NCBI GenBank assembly: GCA_002633005.1
Contig: NMRA01000026.1
Coordinates: 1,133,451 to 1,197,450 of the forward strand
Origin: Phoronis australis
Lineage: Eukaryota; Animalia; Phoronida
Direction of reading: 5' to 3'
Length of the DNA stretch: 64,000 nt
Positions 39,801 through 54,800 of the stretch are shown here, piece after piece. A program made the translations under genes and the position numbers. The first letter of the stretch is position 1, and each line of letters starts with the position of its first letter. A model generated the notes under the pieces. The model had not been told where the DNA came from, did no database searches, and worked only from the letters and a program-made list of their open reading frames with translations.

Positions 39801-42800
39801 TACATTGAAGGCTGTCTAAGTCCAGAATCTGTAAAGAAAGAAATCACAAGCACCACAGGAGTCTAATTTTCAAGTAGCTTCTTTGCGTTCTGTGAGCTAT
39901 GCGCCAAAATTTTGTCTTTCACAGGCAATGCTCGATTGCAAGTTGTATCCTGGAAAATATAGGCAGATCTAAAACAGATGTAACACAGTCAACTTTACAG
40001 TTTTCACCAGAACTGATACATTTAGGTGTCTGGTCAACAACAGTTCTTGTGATCCATGAGGAATGAATTCAAATCTTTTTGTCTGTGTAAAGGCTTGAAT
40101 CCAGGGTCTTTCGTAATGCAGGATTCTCTTGTTGGCTGAGTTAAAGTGAAAAATAAAATTCACCCAAGTGAAAGGCATCACGCCCCAAAATTGAGAGTGT
40201 ATGTATCTAACGACTGTGCTTAAGTTGATGGTCTGGTACTAGCCACAATTGAGATGGTTGTGAGCAAACTGCCGCGCCAAAGGTGCATACCTCACTTGCT
40301 GCCTGTATGTACCTAATAACCATGCTTACCTTGATAGTCTGGTAGGAGCCACAGTAGAGATGGTTTTGAGCAGACGGCAGCACCTTCACAAAAAGGTGCA
40401 TACCTCACTTGCTGCCTGTATGTACCTAATAACCATGCTTACCTTGATAGTCTGGTAGGAGCCACAGTAGAGATGGTTGTGAGCCGACTGCAGTGCCCTC
40501 ACCCAGTGGTTCATGCCTGTGATTTCCTGCTTCAGTTCATGAGTTCGCACATCCCAAACCTGACACAACACAACAAAAAGAATGCAGTACACCAATGACA
40601 ATAGTGTTTTTTCTTTAAAAGGGTCATAGATGATACAGTTTTTATAAATGTTCAACAGTTGAAGAATAACAAACAAATTTGTCCAGTTGTTTTCACTTTT
40701 AGTCAATGTAAATTGATTTTTTGTCCTACCAACAAATCTGCCAGTCTAAAATAAAAAGGAAAGTGAATGAACGTTCATAAATTGACAGCAACACAGCTGT
40801 TTTGGAAATAACGCAAAAGAGTTCTATGCTTACAAAGATAAAGAATTATGTCTTCAAATTTTATAATTTCATGAAAAAACCAGGCAAAAGTTTGACAATC
40901 ATGCACTGCAATAACCTTGACTGACCTTGACCTCCTTCAAAGACCCACTGAACAGCATACTCTTAGCAGCTGCCAGGGTACATACATGATTCTCGTGAGC
41001 TGCGATCACTTTCAGTTTTTCAAAGTTTTCTAGATTCCACACCTGAAATTTTGGACACAAGTACGACAAAGTAAAAAAATAAAGGCAAACCTGTCGACCA
41101 TTCTTACAAATGCATTGCCAGATAATAAATGATTAACATCAAACATCTATGAAATCTTACAAAATTATGTCTGACCACTGTAACATATCTACTCTGATTT
41201 CACCCACTCAAAACAATTAGTGTGTCAGACAAGTGTACACCAACTGCAAGTCTGGACTGCCTCGCCCCTAAGTCATTCAAAGAAAGCATTAATCAATCAA
41301 TGTTGATTGTGAGTGGTGCCTAAACAGAACTGTTTTCCAACTTTACTACAAATCTCCTAATAAATACAATTATTTTGCTACCCTCTGCATACACTCCACA
41401 ATGACCAAAATAAATATTTGCAAGAAAAATCCGGTCCAAACAAAGTTACAAGAACACTATGAATCACAAAGGCAGGTGACATATTTCAAAACATAACAAC
41501 CAACATAGTTATACAGACAGAATGATAAAAAAGTAACGCAGAGCGTTGACATGCACCTGCAGAACACATACAGCGCAGATACAAGGGATGATCATAATTT
41601 TAAATATTTCCACTGGAGGGAGCAATGCTAGTAAATTTAAAATTATTGTGGCTCTTAGGAGGTGCAAAAGCAAGGCAGCAACGTTCTCTTCAAGAGGAAC
41701 ACACCTGCCACCCTTCACCATGATTTGTTGGAGGCTAGGAAGACAGGCAACAAAGAACAGGCGCAAAAAACATAAAAAGGTCGCTAGGGGCACAATGTAG
41801 GTTAAACGCCTCTGAGACGAGTTTTATGCTGTCGTCTAGATGATAGTAACTTATCTGAACATCTACCAAGGAACTTGATAAATGTCAATTTGTCAAATAC
41901 AAAAAAATTGCCGTAGAAGTCGGATTTGACCGCAAATCCAAGTTAGCCGTGTTTTCCTCAATAAAAACACATACAAATTTCATGGAGATCCACAACAAGT
42001 AGCTTGTCCGATAGAGGGACAGATGCCAAAAACCAGACTCAAAAAAGAATGAAAATGGCCAATAGGTGGAGTAAAATAGGTAATAGGTCAAATCTATCTG
42101 AAAATGAGGTGCCATCGTTTCTTTACTAGAATCCTATTCATCAAATTTCATCAAAATAGCCAAGGAACTACAAAGATACAGAGCTCCTGCTGGGGTTCGG
42201 GATAAACAGCTGTGGACACAAAAAACTGCCATTAGAAGTCACTTTGGCCAATAGAGAGGCAGAAGCCAAAACGACTCGAAAATAATAAAAATGGCCACTA
42301 GGTAGAGCACACTACGAAAAATCCATCAGAAAATAAGAAGGAGTCATTGTTTCTTTATATTTGCCAAATTTCATAAAAATCCGCTAAGAACTCCAAAAAT
42401 ACAGAAGAAAACAGAAAAAATTGCCACTAGGGGGCACTCCAACAGTTGGATCTATCCAAAAGTCGTCGTCATTTGTTATTACCTTCATATATACTAGACA
42501 AATTAAACAAGTCCTGCACAGGGTTCAGGAGAAAGTGCATTGGATGCCAGTTGCACACCGAATGGATGATGATGATACCATAATGTACCTACATCTATAT
42601 AGGTGGGTGCATAAAAATGTTCCTTACAATCACAAGTTAGTTATGTTGAAAAATATTTTAGAGCTTCTGGAAAATGGGAGAAATTCATCTCATTTATCAG
42701 TTTAATGTTAATTAGATAATTGAATTTACAAGGGAGGTCTTGATGACATGTATAGGCGCACAAGCATTTGTGAATGATTGCGTGTCTTCTCTTTTTCATA

Positions 42801-45800
42801 TTTGCTCTTGTATCATAATAAAAAATGAGAACTTTTAGCAAAAAAGTTTGCAAGAACACAAGCATGTACGCACACGCACACGCACACACACACACACACA
42901 CAAACACTTACAATGATGGTATTGTCTTGTGAGCCACTATAGAGACAGTTCTCAAACACGCACAAAGCCAGGACTATCTTCTCGTGACCTAGTAACGTTT
43001 TGACACAGACAAAGTTAGTGACAGTGTCCCACACTTTCACCGTGGTGTCTGAAGAACCACTGAACACATAATCCCCTTGGACACACAGACACCAGACAGG
43101 ACCCTGCAAAGACACAGTGGAATTAATTGGTAACAAGTTACAACATCCTGTACTATTTTGATAAATATTCAAGGGCAGGGTCTTCCTCAATCACAAACCA
43201 CACGTACGCTTTTTGACACAAATACATTCAATTCTTTTTCATGAGCTGTAGCCAAGTTCAATCTGATGCACCGCAATTCTAGTGTCATACACTATTCTTT
43301 TCCCACCAACCACAGATGCAGCCAGGTGCTAGTATAAAGACTCATTTCACCAACTGCATGCTTCCTCATGCTACTTGTTAGAGTGCCAGGACCTGTGGTT
43401 TGTGAGAAAAGAATTTTCAAGAAAACAGCTGCAATGAAAATACAGTATTCGTGACACAAGAATGATGTTAATGAGAATGCCTGACTGATTCACAAAGACA
43501 AGGTACCTTGAAGCCAGTCTGATAGAAACTTGTTTGAAATGTTACGTCTGGGCACGGCTGCATAAAAGCTGTACGCCAGATAACAACAATAACATCGCTT
43601 TACCATGCAGCAAGTTGCCATAATTGTAGAGCTGTTGTACTTACCTTCAAGCAGCCATCAGGCTGAACCAGTAGAAAAGTTTTAAAATTGTGAATAATCC
43701 AGCGCGGGTCCCTGAACGGTTAGTTCAAACTGTATACTACATACGTGTATCAGTAATGATGTAAATGGAGTTCAGATGGTCTGCAGTTCAAAATTGTGTG
43801 TAGAATGAATGTTTGTTACCGTGCACCAGATTACACACTGTGTTGTATTGTCAGTCAGTGTTTGCAGACTTCATATGATATAGTATTGTCAGTCAGTGTT
43901 TGTAGACTTCATATGATATAGTATTGTCAGTCAGTGTTTGCAGACTTCATATGATATAGTATTGTCAGTCAGTGTTTGTAGACTTCGTATGATATAGTAT
44001 TGTCAGTCAGTGTTTGTAGACTTCGTATGATATAGTATTGTCAGTCAGTGTTTGCAGACTTCATATGATATAGTATTGTCAGTCAGTGTTTGTAGACTTC
44101 ATATGATATAGTATTGTCAGTCAGTGTTTGCAGACTTCATATGATATAGTATTGTCAGTCAGTGTTTGCAGACTTCATATGATATAGTATTGTCAATCAG
44201 TGTTTGTAGACTTCATATGATATAGTATTGTCAGTCAGTGTTTGCAGACTTCATATGATATAGTAATACCAATGTAACAATCCAAAACTGAGTGACATTG
44301 GTTGAAAACAAACTCAACTACAAGTATATTTCAAGAAATATCGAGACAACTGTGTTGACATTCAGGGAACCACGGAAGAGTTGTGTACCAACTTGTACAT
44401 TTCCAACACAACAATTCCCATGCAAACAAGATGCAAACATAACCGAACAGTCTGTCTACACTGAGTTTTACTAAAATTATCAAGCCAGTTCATAATGCTG
44501 GTTCCTGGGCCTGGGACAAAAGGAGAAAACAAGCTCAGAAAACATGAAGACAGACACTAGAGGGAGCAAACAGAATGCGTCACCTTGTTGTACCTAGAAA
44601 CAAACAACTTGGATCAGGAGGATACAAAATCTGATCCGTCTGTTAAAATGCAACCCCAGGATCATCTCTTTGATTGACTCTAAGAATAATTACCCACCTT
44701 GTGTCCAACGAATGTGCCCCTACACTTGAACGTTTGCTGTGGGACATAGTCTCCACTTGGGGCATACTCTAACATGTCCTTAACATCTTTCTGGAAAACA
44801 TTTGGCAAGAAAAAAAGTGAGTAAGAGAAACAATGCAGTAAATTCTACAAATGCAGATTGATAACTACTCAAAGTTTGAACTGGATTGATAAACCTGTTT
44901 GCGTCATTTGCAACTATTAATTATAAGACAAAAGATACAGTAAAAGGAACTGTCAACAAGCAGGAGGCAAAGTGAAAATAGCACATACTAGATCAGGTGT
45001 GTAAAATTCCCTACTAAGCATATTCGAGACTCCAGTTTCTTCTTTGAGATCGGTTCTTTTCAGTTGAAGATACAAAAACATTGTGTATATTCACAAAAAT
45101 TTTCCTCAAAAAGTGATGTAAACCATGCATAACTAATGTCCCCACCTCCTGTACAGTATCAACTCCAGATGAAAGTGGTTTCCAAGATCAGATAACAACC
45201 TAGTAGTCTATAGTGAAGTGTTTTTATGACTTTTTGTTAGAGCTCACAGGTCATAAATCAATTATATACGCCAGTTGCCAAAGCCCAGTGGAACTACTTT
45301 CATCTAACTAAATCGTTTTTGGCTAATATTAATTATGTTTCTTTGAAAAAAATGATTCCATGATAACTTTTCACAAGGCCATATCAGAAAGAGCTAGAGC
45401 ATCATCTTTTGACTGTACACTGTGAAACAATAAAGACAATCCACTCAGTGTCTTTGATACAAGTACAGAAACAGGGGATCCTAAGGAAGAATTTGAGATT
45501 AGCGATATCAAGAAGGTTGAGAGGTTTCTTCGGAGGGCCAGAGGAGCTTCAGCACTGCGACCAAGTGGCACTTCCTACAAAGTGTACAAGAACTGCCCAA
45601 AACTACCAAAAAGGCTTTAGAGGGTGCTCCATGGGGTTTGGAAGATGGGCACATTGTCGTCGCAGTGGGGGAAGTCGGAATGAGTGTAAGTCCAAAAAGA
45701 CATTAGCAAGTTACGACCCATATCATTGTTAAGTATCGAGGGCAAGATATTTTGGGCAGTAATTTCGAACAGAATCACCAAGTACCTATTAGACAATGAG

Positions 45801-48800
45801 TACATAGACACGTCTTGCCAGAAAGGACGAATTCCAGGCTTGTCGGGATGTCTCGAGCACAACGCAGTCATCTAGGAATTTATCCAGAAAGCAAAGGAAG
45901 GGAAAGAGAACCTGGCTATGGTGTGGTTGGACTTGGGTTGATACCCCATGATCTGATCTACTGAACTATGGACATTTACCACATCCCTGAGAAAGTCCCA
46001 GTTAGAGAAAAAGGTTATGACCTGATGCACACTCTCCATAATTTTATTCATTATGGCAATAAATCTCATCCGTAAAAGAGCTTATCTACAGTGTGCAGGT
46101 ACATTGCTGAGTGACAGCCGTCAACCTTCATGTTGTGCTTTTGTCAACGACATCACAGGGATTTTGGATTCTCCTGTAGTGACTGGCCACATACTGAACT
46201 GTATTGAAAGGTTAACAACATAGGCCGGATTGTCATTTAAAGCTGAGAATCCCGTTTAATGAGCATATGGAAAGGCCAGCTTAGGAAGCTGCAAACTTAT
46301 GCTATAGGGGGTTAAAGAATTCTGCCATTGTCAGAGAAGCCAGTTAAGTACCTTGGGTGGTTTTACGTCAGTTCCCTTAAACAGGTTCTTCAAACTATGA
46401 ATGTCAAGAAGCTAAAGAAGATAAACTCTAGTAGCTTACTAGGGCGTGTCATACTCTGGTGTTACCAACACATACTCCATTGTTAGTATATGATGTGCTG
46501 TTAACAGATGCTGAAGAAATGGAGCATCTGGCTTCAAAGCATGTACTGAAATGGTTTAGGTTTACCTTCTTCATTCAGCAACATTGGTTTCTGCTATAGA
46601 CTGGCAAATCAACAAGATAGAACAATGTGATGAGAAGGTCTGTCTCGTAGGAGAAGGTAAAGAAAATGTCACCTTGGCACTCTACGTTTTTGGTCAACAT
46701 AGTTTACAATGTGCTACCATTGCCAACTAACCTAGTGGTTTGGCAAAGGGATGCCGACCCAAAATGTAGTCAGTGTGGAAGATGGTGCAACTTGGAACAC
46801 ATCTCGTCTTCGTGTTCTATAACTCTAGCTGAAGGGCGTTATACTTGGCATCACAACCAAGTTTTGAAGGAGACTGTTAGAATCATCTATGAAGAATCAA
46901 GAGTTATGACAAAAGCCAGGAAATTACAATTTATAGATTTCAGGAGATGCAGCAGCCATGTGAGAAGAGACAGTAAGCACAAGGTCAGTGATATCCTGCA
47001 TACAGCTGACGACTGTTACAGCGCAGAAGTAGCTACTGCGACGGAACAAGCTTCCTGTTGGATCTGGTGAAAATATCGTCATGCGCAACAACAACTGTTG
47101 TCTGGTGGGACTGATCACTCCTTTCAGCCCTCCGCTGGAGATAATATTGAATTATGGCCTTCGAAGAAAGCAGGCTTTCAACTGGCGGAGATGACGGAGG
47201 CATAACATAGATGTTTTAAGTGAGAAAGTAAGAAAGTGTTCCTGATACTGAAGGATTCTGTCCATCACCGTCTGTGTACAAATCCACTGACAAAGTATAC
47301 CCAGCCACGGTACATACCAAGTTTCTTATAGGCTATTTGTCAGATCAATAAATGACAAGACCACGTTTTTTAAGTCAGGATGACACATCTACAAAATACA
47401 CTTACAAAAAATACATCTTGGTCTCGTCCAACATTCTCAAGTCCTTGAGCAAGGCTTTTCACCGAATCTCCAAGACAATCTGAAAATAGATAGGCTTGAT
47501 TAAGAAATTTTGAAAAACGAAGAACATTAATCAAATTTAAAAATATTAATTTACCTACTTAATACTTTGCACTTTTGTCCGGCTTCCCTCAAAAAACAAC
47601 AACACAACCGCGGAAAGTCTTCAGTTACTTAAAGGAGGAAGTTTACCGTTTTCAAAGACGTTTGTTGCCAATTTGGCATGTTTCACTTGATACTCTGAAA
47701 GGTGTACTAAATATTTTGGTCAACTTTTTATAAACCAAATAGAAATGACTAAAAATAATTCTTCAAACCAGAATTATGATGCTATGAACAAGTCACACAA
47801 TGCAAACAATGTGTGCCTGATTACTTGATTAACTTGCATCTTCCATCAAAGCTGTTTTATACTGGGACTTGGACTGATACTTGATGAACAGCTTGGCTGT
47901 TGAGCCCAATGCAGGTAACAAAAAAGCAAGAGAACACAATTTACCCAGACCAGCTGACATTTTTGGAACTCATTCAATTCTTCACATGTTCAGTTTGAGG
48001 AATTGTTTTTATTAATTTCATATTTATAAAATCAACTGTCAAAAGGGTTCAAAAAACTGTTTATATCAAATGAAACTATCAAAAATCATCTCCAAAATTA
48101 ATTCTTCTTTTAAAAAATATAATTTTCAATGGCAAACTACATTGGCACTAATAATCAAATTTAACAGCGTTGTTTTATAGCAGCTGTACAGTACAAAGCA
48201 TGCAAAGCACAAGGCGGAACTTTTTTTATTTCAGTTGAGAAACTTAACAAAATAAAACGCCACATCCATGAAGATTTTCTATAATCCCTGCCTCAACTAT
48301 AACCCTGTTTACCTATCTTATACTCGACACTGTTTTCCAGCCTCTCCATCAGCTTGCCCACCATTGACCTCAGGAAGCATATGTCTTGGTCCTTCTGGAT
48401 CATGGCCACTTGAAGTTCTTTAATCTTATTATCCGCCCACATCAAGTACCCCTTGATGGCCTCATATTTACAAGTTTCCAGGTGACTCACCAGCTCCTCC
48501 TGAGTGCCCATGAACTCACAGCTGAAACAGCCAATCACAGTAGAGTTGCATGTCGGCAACAAATTTTAAATAAACTTAGTCCAAAACAACTGTCAACTAT
48601 TCGGTATTACTCAAGGAGTCTCTTATTTTTCATTTACTTAGAGCCATACTTTTAGAAGGTGTCAAACACGTAAAAAATGTAGAAAATGTAACCACTGACT
48701 CAGACACACTAATCTCATTTACCCAGAATAAATAATACGCAAAACTCTAACCATAATCTCCATAACAAGTATTTTTTGTACTTGCTTTTTTCAACAAAAC

Positions 48801-51800
48801 AAATCCATATACTTTTCCAATAAAAGCGTCTTCGATCTTGTATTAGTAAAGAGACACTACTAGACAAAATATCTCAAAAAGTTGTCTAAATCCAACTAAA
48901 CCATTTCTCCTGCAGGACCTAATGCACACATGGTACCTGTACTTATGATGTGAACACCTGGCCCGGTTACAGTTCTTTACATGTTCATCATAGTCTTTCT
49001 TCAGTAACGGTGGACAACCTGCTCCATTAGGGCACCGTATCAATGCATAGTCACATGAACTTTCATGTTCCCTGTAGAATGAAAGTACAATGGAGCCAAG
49101 CACTCGGCACAACAACATCAATCAAACTGTCAAGTCTAATTGCCATTACATATACCAAGAACAGAAAAATGTGCTAATATGTCAATATCTCACATGCCAC
49201 CTGTGGGGTCACACCATGTTGCCTGATGATTATAAGTTGCAACCACAGTTTTGATTAAAGGCCTTGCATTGTGCAAAAAATAGTTGCTGAAATTGCCCAT
49301 TTTCAAATTTTTAATGACTTTCTACATCACTGCACATGCTCAAAACCTTACCAAGTGTGCAGTGGTGATAGCCACACTGAACAGACTTTGCTAACAAGGT
49401 GAAATTTTCTAATTTTTCCGAGACATTTGACAAAATGAAATTCCACTTGTCCTCCATATTGCACCCCAGAGTGAATAGCTTTAGTGTAAACCTTACATTG
49501 AGTATCAATAAACTGATTTGTAACAGCATACAGACATTACGCACTGTGTTCAAGGGAATGAGTGACCTTAGACAATCCACATGATTGACCTTAGACAATC
49601 CACATGAGTGACCTTAGACAATCCACATGAGTGACCTTAGACAATCCACATGAGTGACCTTAGACAATCCACATTCAGCTTTTATTTTGTTGAATGCATG
49701 GTATGCTAAAAAATCATCACTTAACAAACGAAAACAATTTGGCAGAACGAGCACATATTAAAAGTATTGCCTTATCTGGGTGATCCTGCCATGCGTGAAC
49801 TTGGAATCTTGCTTATTCTCAAGATCGGGTACGCGTGAACTTGGAATTACATGATGAAGCTTCACAAGTTCACTCAAATAATCAATTTCATGTTGATAAA
49901 AATTTGCACTGTACTAAATCAAATTACATGTTAATACAATAATGTAACCGTGAATTTTAACCAATCTTTTTCAACTATTGGCGATCTTCTTCACAAAACA
50001 ATAATTGATTTAACCATTCACATATTCCTCCGATTCTTTGTCACAAGTTATGGTAAAGGGGGAAATGGGTGACCACGAGGCCAATAATTACAAAAATTCT
50101 TTACACTGAACAAAAAATTTCACCTGAATATTCAATTCCAGGTGCACGCATAATCGAGCTTGAGATTAAGCAGGACTCCAAGTTCACGCACACCAATGCC
50201 ACAGCTGTATTTGCCCCCTTTGCTATGCAAATAATACTGCGGAATTTGTTTCCACTAAACTCTACCAAGAGGGGGACTGTGATATCTTCAACATAAGGCA
50301 ACAAAAAATTGTAGAGTCGACTAGATAAACAAACTGAACAGATACTCGATTACTCGATAATTTTTCTTGTAACTGAAGGGACGAATACAGTGGAATTAGC
50401 CATCAATATACTTGGACAATCATGAACTGTTGAAGAGTAATCCCAGCTTACTGTCTATTTGCATATTTGACTGTCATCGGGCAACCTTCACTATTCCTTT
50501 CCCATGTTTTATCGTCTGCTGCCAGCTTGCAGCCATATTTACAGTAGATAAGAAGCTCCCCCACTTGTTCTTGGAGAGCAATATTAGCGACAATCACAGA
50601 TAGAGGTTGTTGATCCACAGGGCAACATTCTGAAACATAATGAATGTTTATAGTAGACAGACAACTAGTTCATAAAGAGTAAAGTTCTACAGAAGAAAAT
50701 ACAGTTTTGGGATTACTGGTGCATGAGGCAGACTTATTAGATCTGATTAGAGCTATAAAAAAATAAATTCCACTGAGTTTTCATGATTTTATTGCAAACG
50801 AACAATTCTTGCCATTGTCTGCCAGACGTTCCTCGAAATCAAAGACATTGATTTCATCATGTAAATACACTGAAAATATTCTGCTCATTAAATTGTGAAT
50901 ATGCAAATGAAGTACTAATTCACCCAACCCTGGGTCTTCCAGTGTGCTGAAAACCATCCGAGAACCAGTTACCATAACAATGTTGCAGAAGTCCCGTTTT
51001 GAGAGACTATTTTTTTGTAAATGTGTATGGTAATACTTCATCATTACCCAAATGAAACAAGGCACATTAAATTTTATTATTATTTGTTTATTTAGCTATG
51101 AAGTAATGATTGCATACTATTTGGAATTACTGGGGTTTTTATGTTCACACTGTCTTGTTTTAAGGTGTATTAGTTGTAGTGTTTTCCTGAAAACCTCAAC
51201 TTATTTACAACTTGTTCCTTTTCCTTATTATACTTGCACACACAGTTCTCCAGGAAGCGCTAGGTGATGCTTGCTACAAATTTAAATGTTCACAGTTTTA
51301 ATGGGACATAGTATCTTTAATGTGTGGCTCAGTAGAGGAGCGATGGCTGTGACGGCAGATCTAGTGGGTTCGATTCCGCACAGAGGCTCATTTCTGTAAT
51401 GATACTTTTCTTGCCAAGAATGTCTCTTTAATACCTACAGTGACAGGATCTTGATCAACAGGCAATATTCTGCAGTAGAATGAATTATATAGCAGATGGG
51501 CAACCTGTTCAGGAAAAGTGACGTGAGCAAGAATCACAGACTGGAGCTATTGATCAGTGTAGCAAAAATCTACAATGTGGTGAATGTCTGCAGGGGATGG
51601 ATAGGTTATTAGTGGAGATCTAAGACAGCAAAAATCACAGTGAGGGGTTGTAGATACCAGCAAGTTATTTACAAAGAGCCATGTATCAACAAGCAAGATG
51701 AGAGATATTTCACCAACAGGTCAAGGTTCTTGGAAAAAGTAAATGCTGAACGTAAAACAATTTTCAAGAAAAGTTGATGAATTTTGGCATAATTTATTGG

Positions 51801-54800
51801 GCTTTGTCAAAGTCATGGCAAAACAAAGAAGGGAACTAGACAAAAAAATAAAACTAATTAATATCATTTGAAAACCACTGTAGATGGGAACTCCATTATA
51901 GAGATCAACGCAAGCTACAATCCCAGACAATGTACTAAGTGACCAAGTGCACAAACTTTTGCATAATAAAGAAGTAGGTTAGTAAGGGGGTCTGAACAAT
52001 TCATTTCTGGAGAGCAATATTTAATAAGCGACAGCATGTCTGACTTATTGCACAACTTCTTTAACACAAAAAATTAGATAAACAACGCGTTCTTGGAGAT
52101 CAACAAAAGAGGATTGATTCACTGTTGTACATTGGAGCATCAAATAATGTAGCGACTACAAGCTGAGGAGGCCAATATTGAAAGTTAATGAATCAGTGAC
52201 TGAGTGATTGCTTGCAATAATTGTGAGATCACTAAATTTGTATCATTACATCAGCCAATCAAGCCAATTTTGTGTCCAATGCATTTCAACAAACACATTT
52301 TCATCATGTGTCAATCTGACCTTCCGCATACAACATTCAATAAATTACAAATTCACCAAAGGAGAATAAGAAGTGTACTATGGTAAAAATTCTCCAATTG
52401 GGGACAGCGAAAAATTAATTGTTTTGCTTAAGGCTGGAGCTAGTACAAAATTTTCAAAAGGGGCAGTAAGGGCCATCCCAAATTCAAGAATCACAAGAAA
52501 TACAGCAAAAATGACTGCAAACTTAAGTCTATTTTTTCGGACTTTGTCGATTCAAAACGATACGTCTGAAATATAAAAAATATGATGACTGCCAACATCA
52601 CCCATGTCAAGAAAATTCTGCTGTAATATTGATGTACCAAATTTTAGAGACTGTTCTAAATTGGAGAATTTTTACGATAACTTTGAAAAACTTGGATGTC
52701 TAGAAAAAATTGCAATAGCCTACCATTTGTCTGGTTGTTGACACACTTTCGGCAGAATGTATGCTGAAATAAACAAGGAGCGACAATTATAGATTTAACA
52801 AGAGCAACGCGGAGCATTGAAATGCGCCCACGAATGCATTGCAAATGGTGTGCTTTTAGGGTTGTTTATTTGTATCATAAAAATGGAAACTAGTTGGCGC
52901 AAAAACATGCAATCCATCCAAAAACAGGAACATGCCATATTTCATAAAAATCTGTCAAGGAACTTCAGAGAAACAAAGGAAAACAGAATAAAATGAAATT
53001 GTCACTAGTGGGCACAATGTCCGTTGTATCCGCCTGAAAGTAGTCGTCGTCAGTTGTTGTTATCTTCGTATAAATACACTTACTAAATTTAGTAAAGATC
53101 CTGCAGTGGATTTAAGAGATACAACTATGGGTGCAAAACAAAACTACCACTAGGAGGTGTCACAGTAATCAGTCACCATCATGAAAGGTTGTCTTCACAC
53201 TGAGAACATATANNNNNNNNNNNNNNNNNNNNNNNNNNNNNNNNNNNNNNNNNNNNNNNNNNNNNNNNNNNNNNNNNNNNNNNNNNNNNNNNNNNNNNNN
53301 NNNNNNNNNNNNNNNNNNNNNNNNNNNNNNNNNNNNNNNNNNNNNNNNNNNNNNNNNNNNNNNNNNNNNNNNNNNNNNNNNNNNNNNNNNNNNNNNNNNN
53401 NNNNNNNNNNNNNNNNNNNNNNNNNNNNNNNNNNNNNNNNAATTATCAAAAAATCAGGTAGTTTCAACTGTTAGTATACTTCTTGTGTAGCAAATGATAT
53501 ATTAAAACAACTTTGGCATTTATTTCTTCATGTCTGTAGAAAAAATTATGAAAAAAGTTATGTCACATCTGTAACGCAAAATTTTACAAATAAGAGATAA
53601 ACCTTCCGATAAAAGCAAAATTTCTAAGGCTAACAGAAAATGGACCTGCAGACAACAAAATTCAATGATTAAACTATGTTTTTACATCAAAATGAAAGTT
53701 AAAAGGCTGATTTGAAATTTTTAAGTCCATGGCACAAATACCGTGGAATGCACCTGTACCAAATTTTAGAGACTGTTCTAAATTGGAGAATTTTTACCAT
53801 AACTTTGAAAAACTCGGATGTCTAGAAAAAATTGCAATAGCCTACCATTTGTCTGGTTGTTGACACACTTTCGGCAGAATGTATGCTGCAATAAACAAGG
53901 AGCGACAATTATAGATTAAACAAGAGCAACGCGGAGCGTTGAAATGCGCCCACGAATGCATTGCAAATGGTGTGCTTTTAGGGTTGTTTATTTGTATCAT
54001 AAAAATGGAAACTAGTTGGCGCAAAAACATGCAATCCATCCAAAAACAGGAACATGCCATATTTCATAAAAATCTGTCAAGGAACTTCAGAGAAACAAAG
54101 GAAAACAGAATAAAATGAAATTGTCACTAGTGGGCACAATGTCCGTTGTATCCGCCTGAAAGTAGTCGTCGTCAGTTGTTGTTATCTTCGTATAAATACA
54201 CTTACTAAATTTAGTAAAGATCCTGCAGTGGATTTAAGAGATACAACTATGGGTGCAAAACAAAACTACCACTAGGAGGCGCCACAGTAATCAGTCACCA
54301 TCATGAAAGGTTGTCTTCACACTGAGAACATATATGCCAATTTTCAAATGATTTGGTTGATACAGGGATGGACACCAAAACAAGATTTGAAAACAGCAAA
54401 AGTGGCCACTAGGTGGTGCAATATACCTTGATTCCATCCAAAAGCAGGCAGATAGCATCATCACACCAATAGATGCCTATATTTAAGATTTTATGAAAAT
54501 CTGTTAAGGACCTTTGAAAATACTGAGTTAAACGTAAAAAACTAAAATTGACACTAGGGGGCACAGCAGTAGTCAGATCTGTTTGACAGTCGTCGTCATC
54601 CGTAGTCAACATCACATAAATAAACTTGCTAAATTAAGTAAAGATCCTGCGAACGGTTTAGGAGATACAGCCATAGGCGCAACTGCCACTAGGAGGCACC
54701 ACAGTAGTCGAAATTGTCGGAAAATCATTGTCAACCGTCCTCTTTATAGTAAGCACATACATGCCAATTTTCACAATCACCCTTTGAGCGGTTTGGTGGA

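Noticed and set aside
43845-44265. CRISPR-like regular array
   Set aside because: Head-to-tail 38-bp units with no unique spacers, in a eukaryotic intron.
51322-51390. Functional tRNA gene
   Set aside because: A and B boxes present but no proper acceptor stem, cloverleaf or adjacent poly-T terminator.
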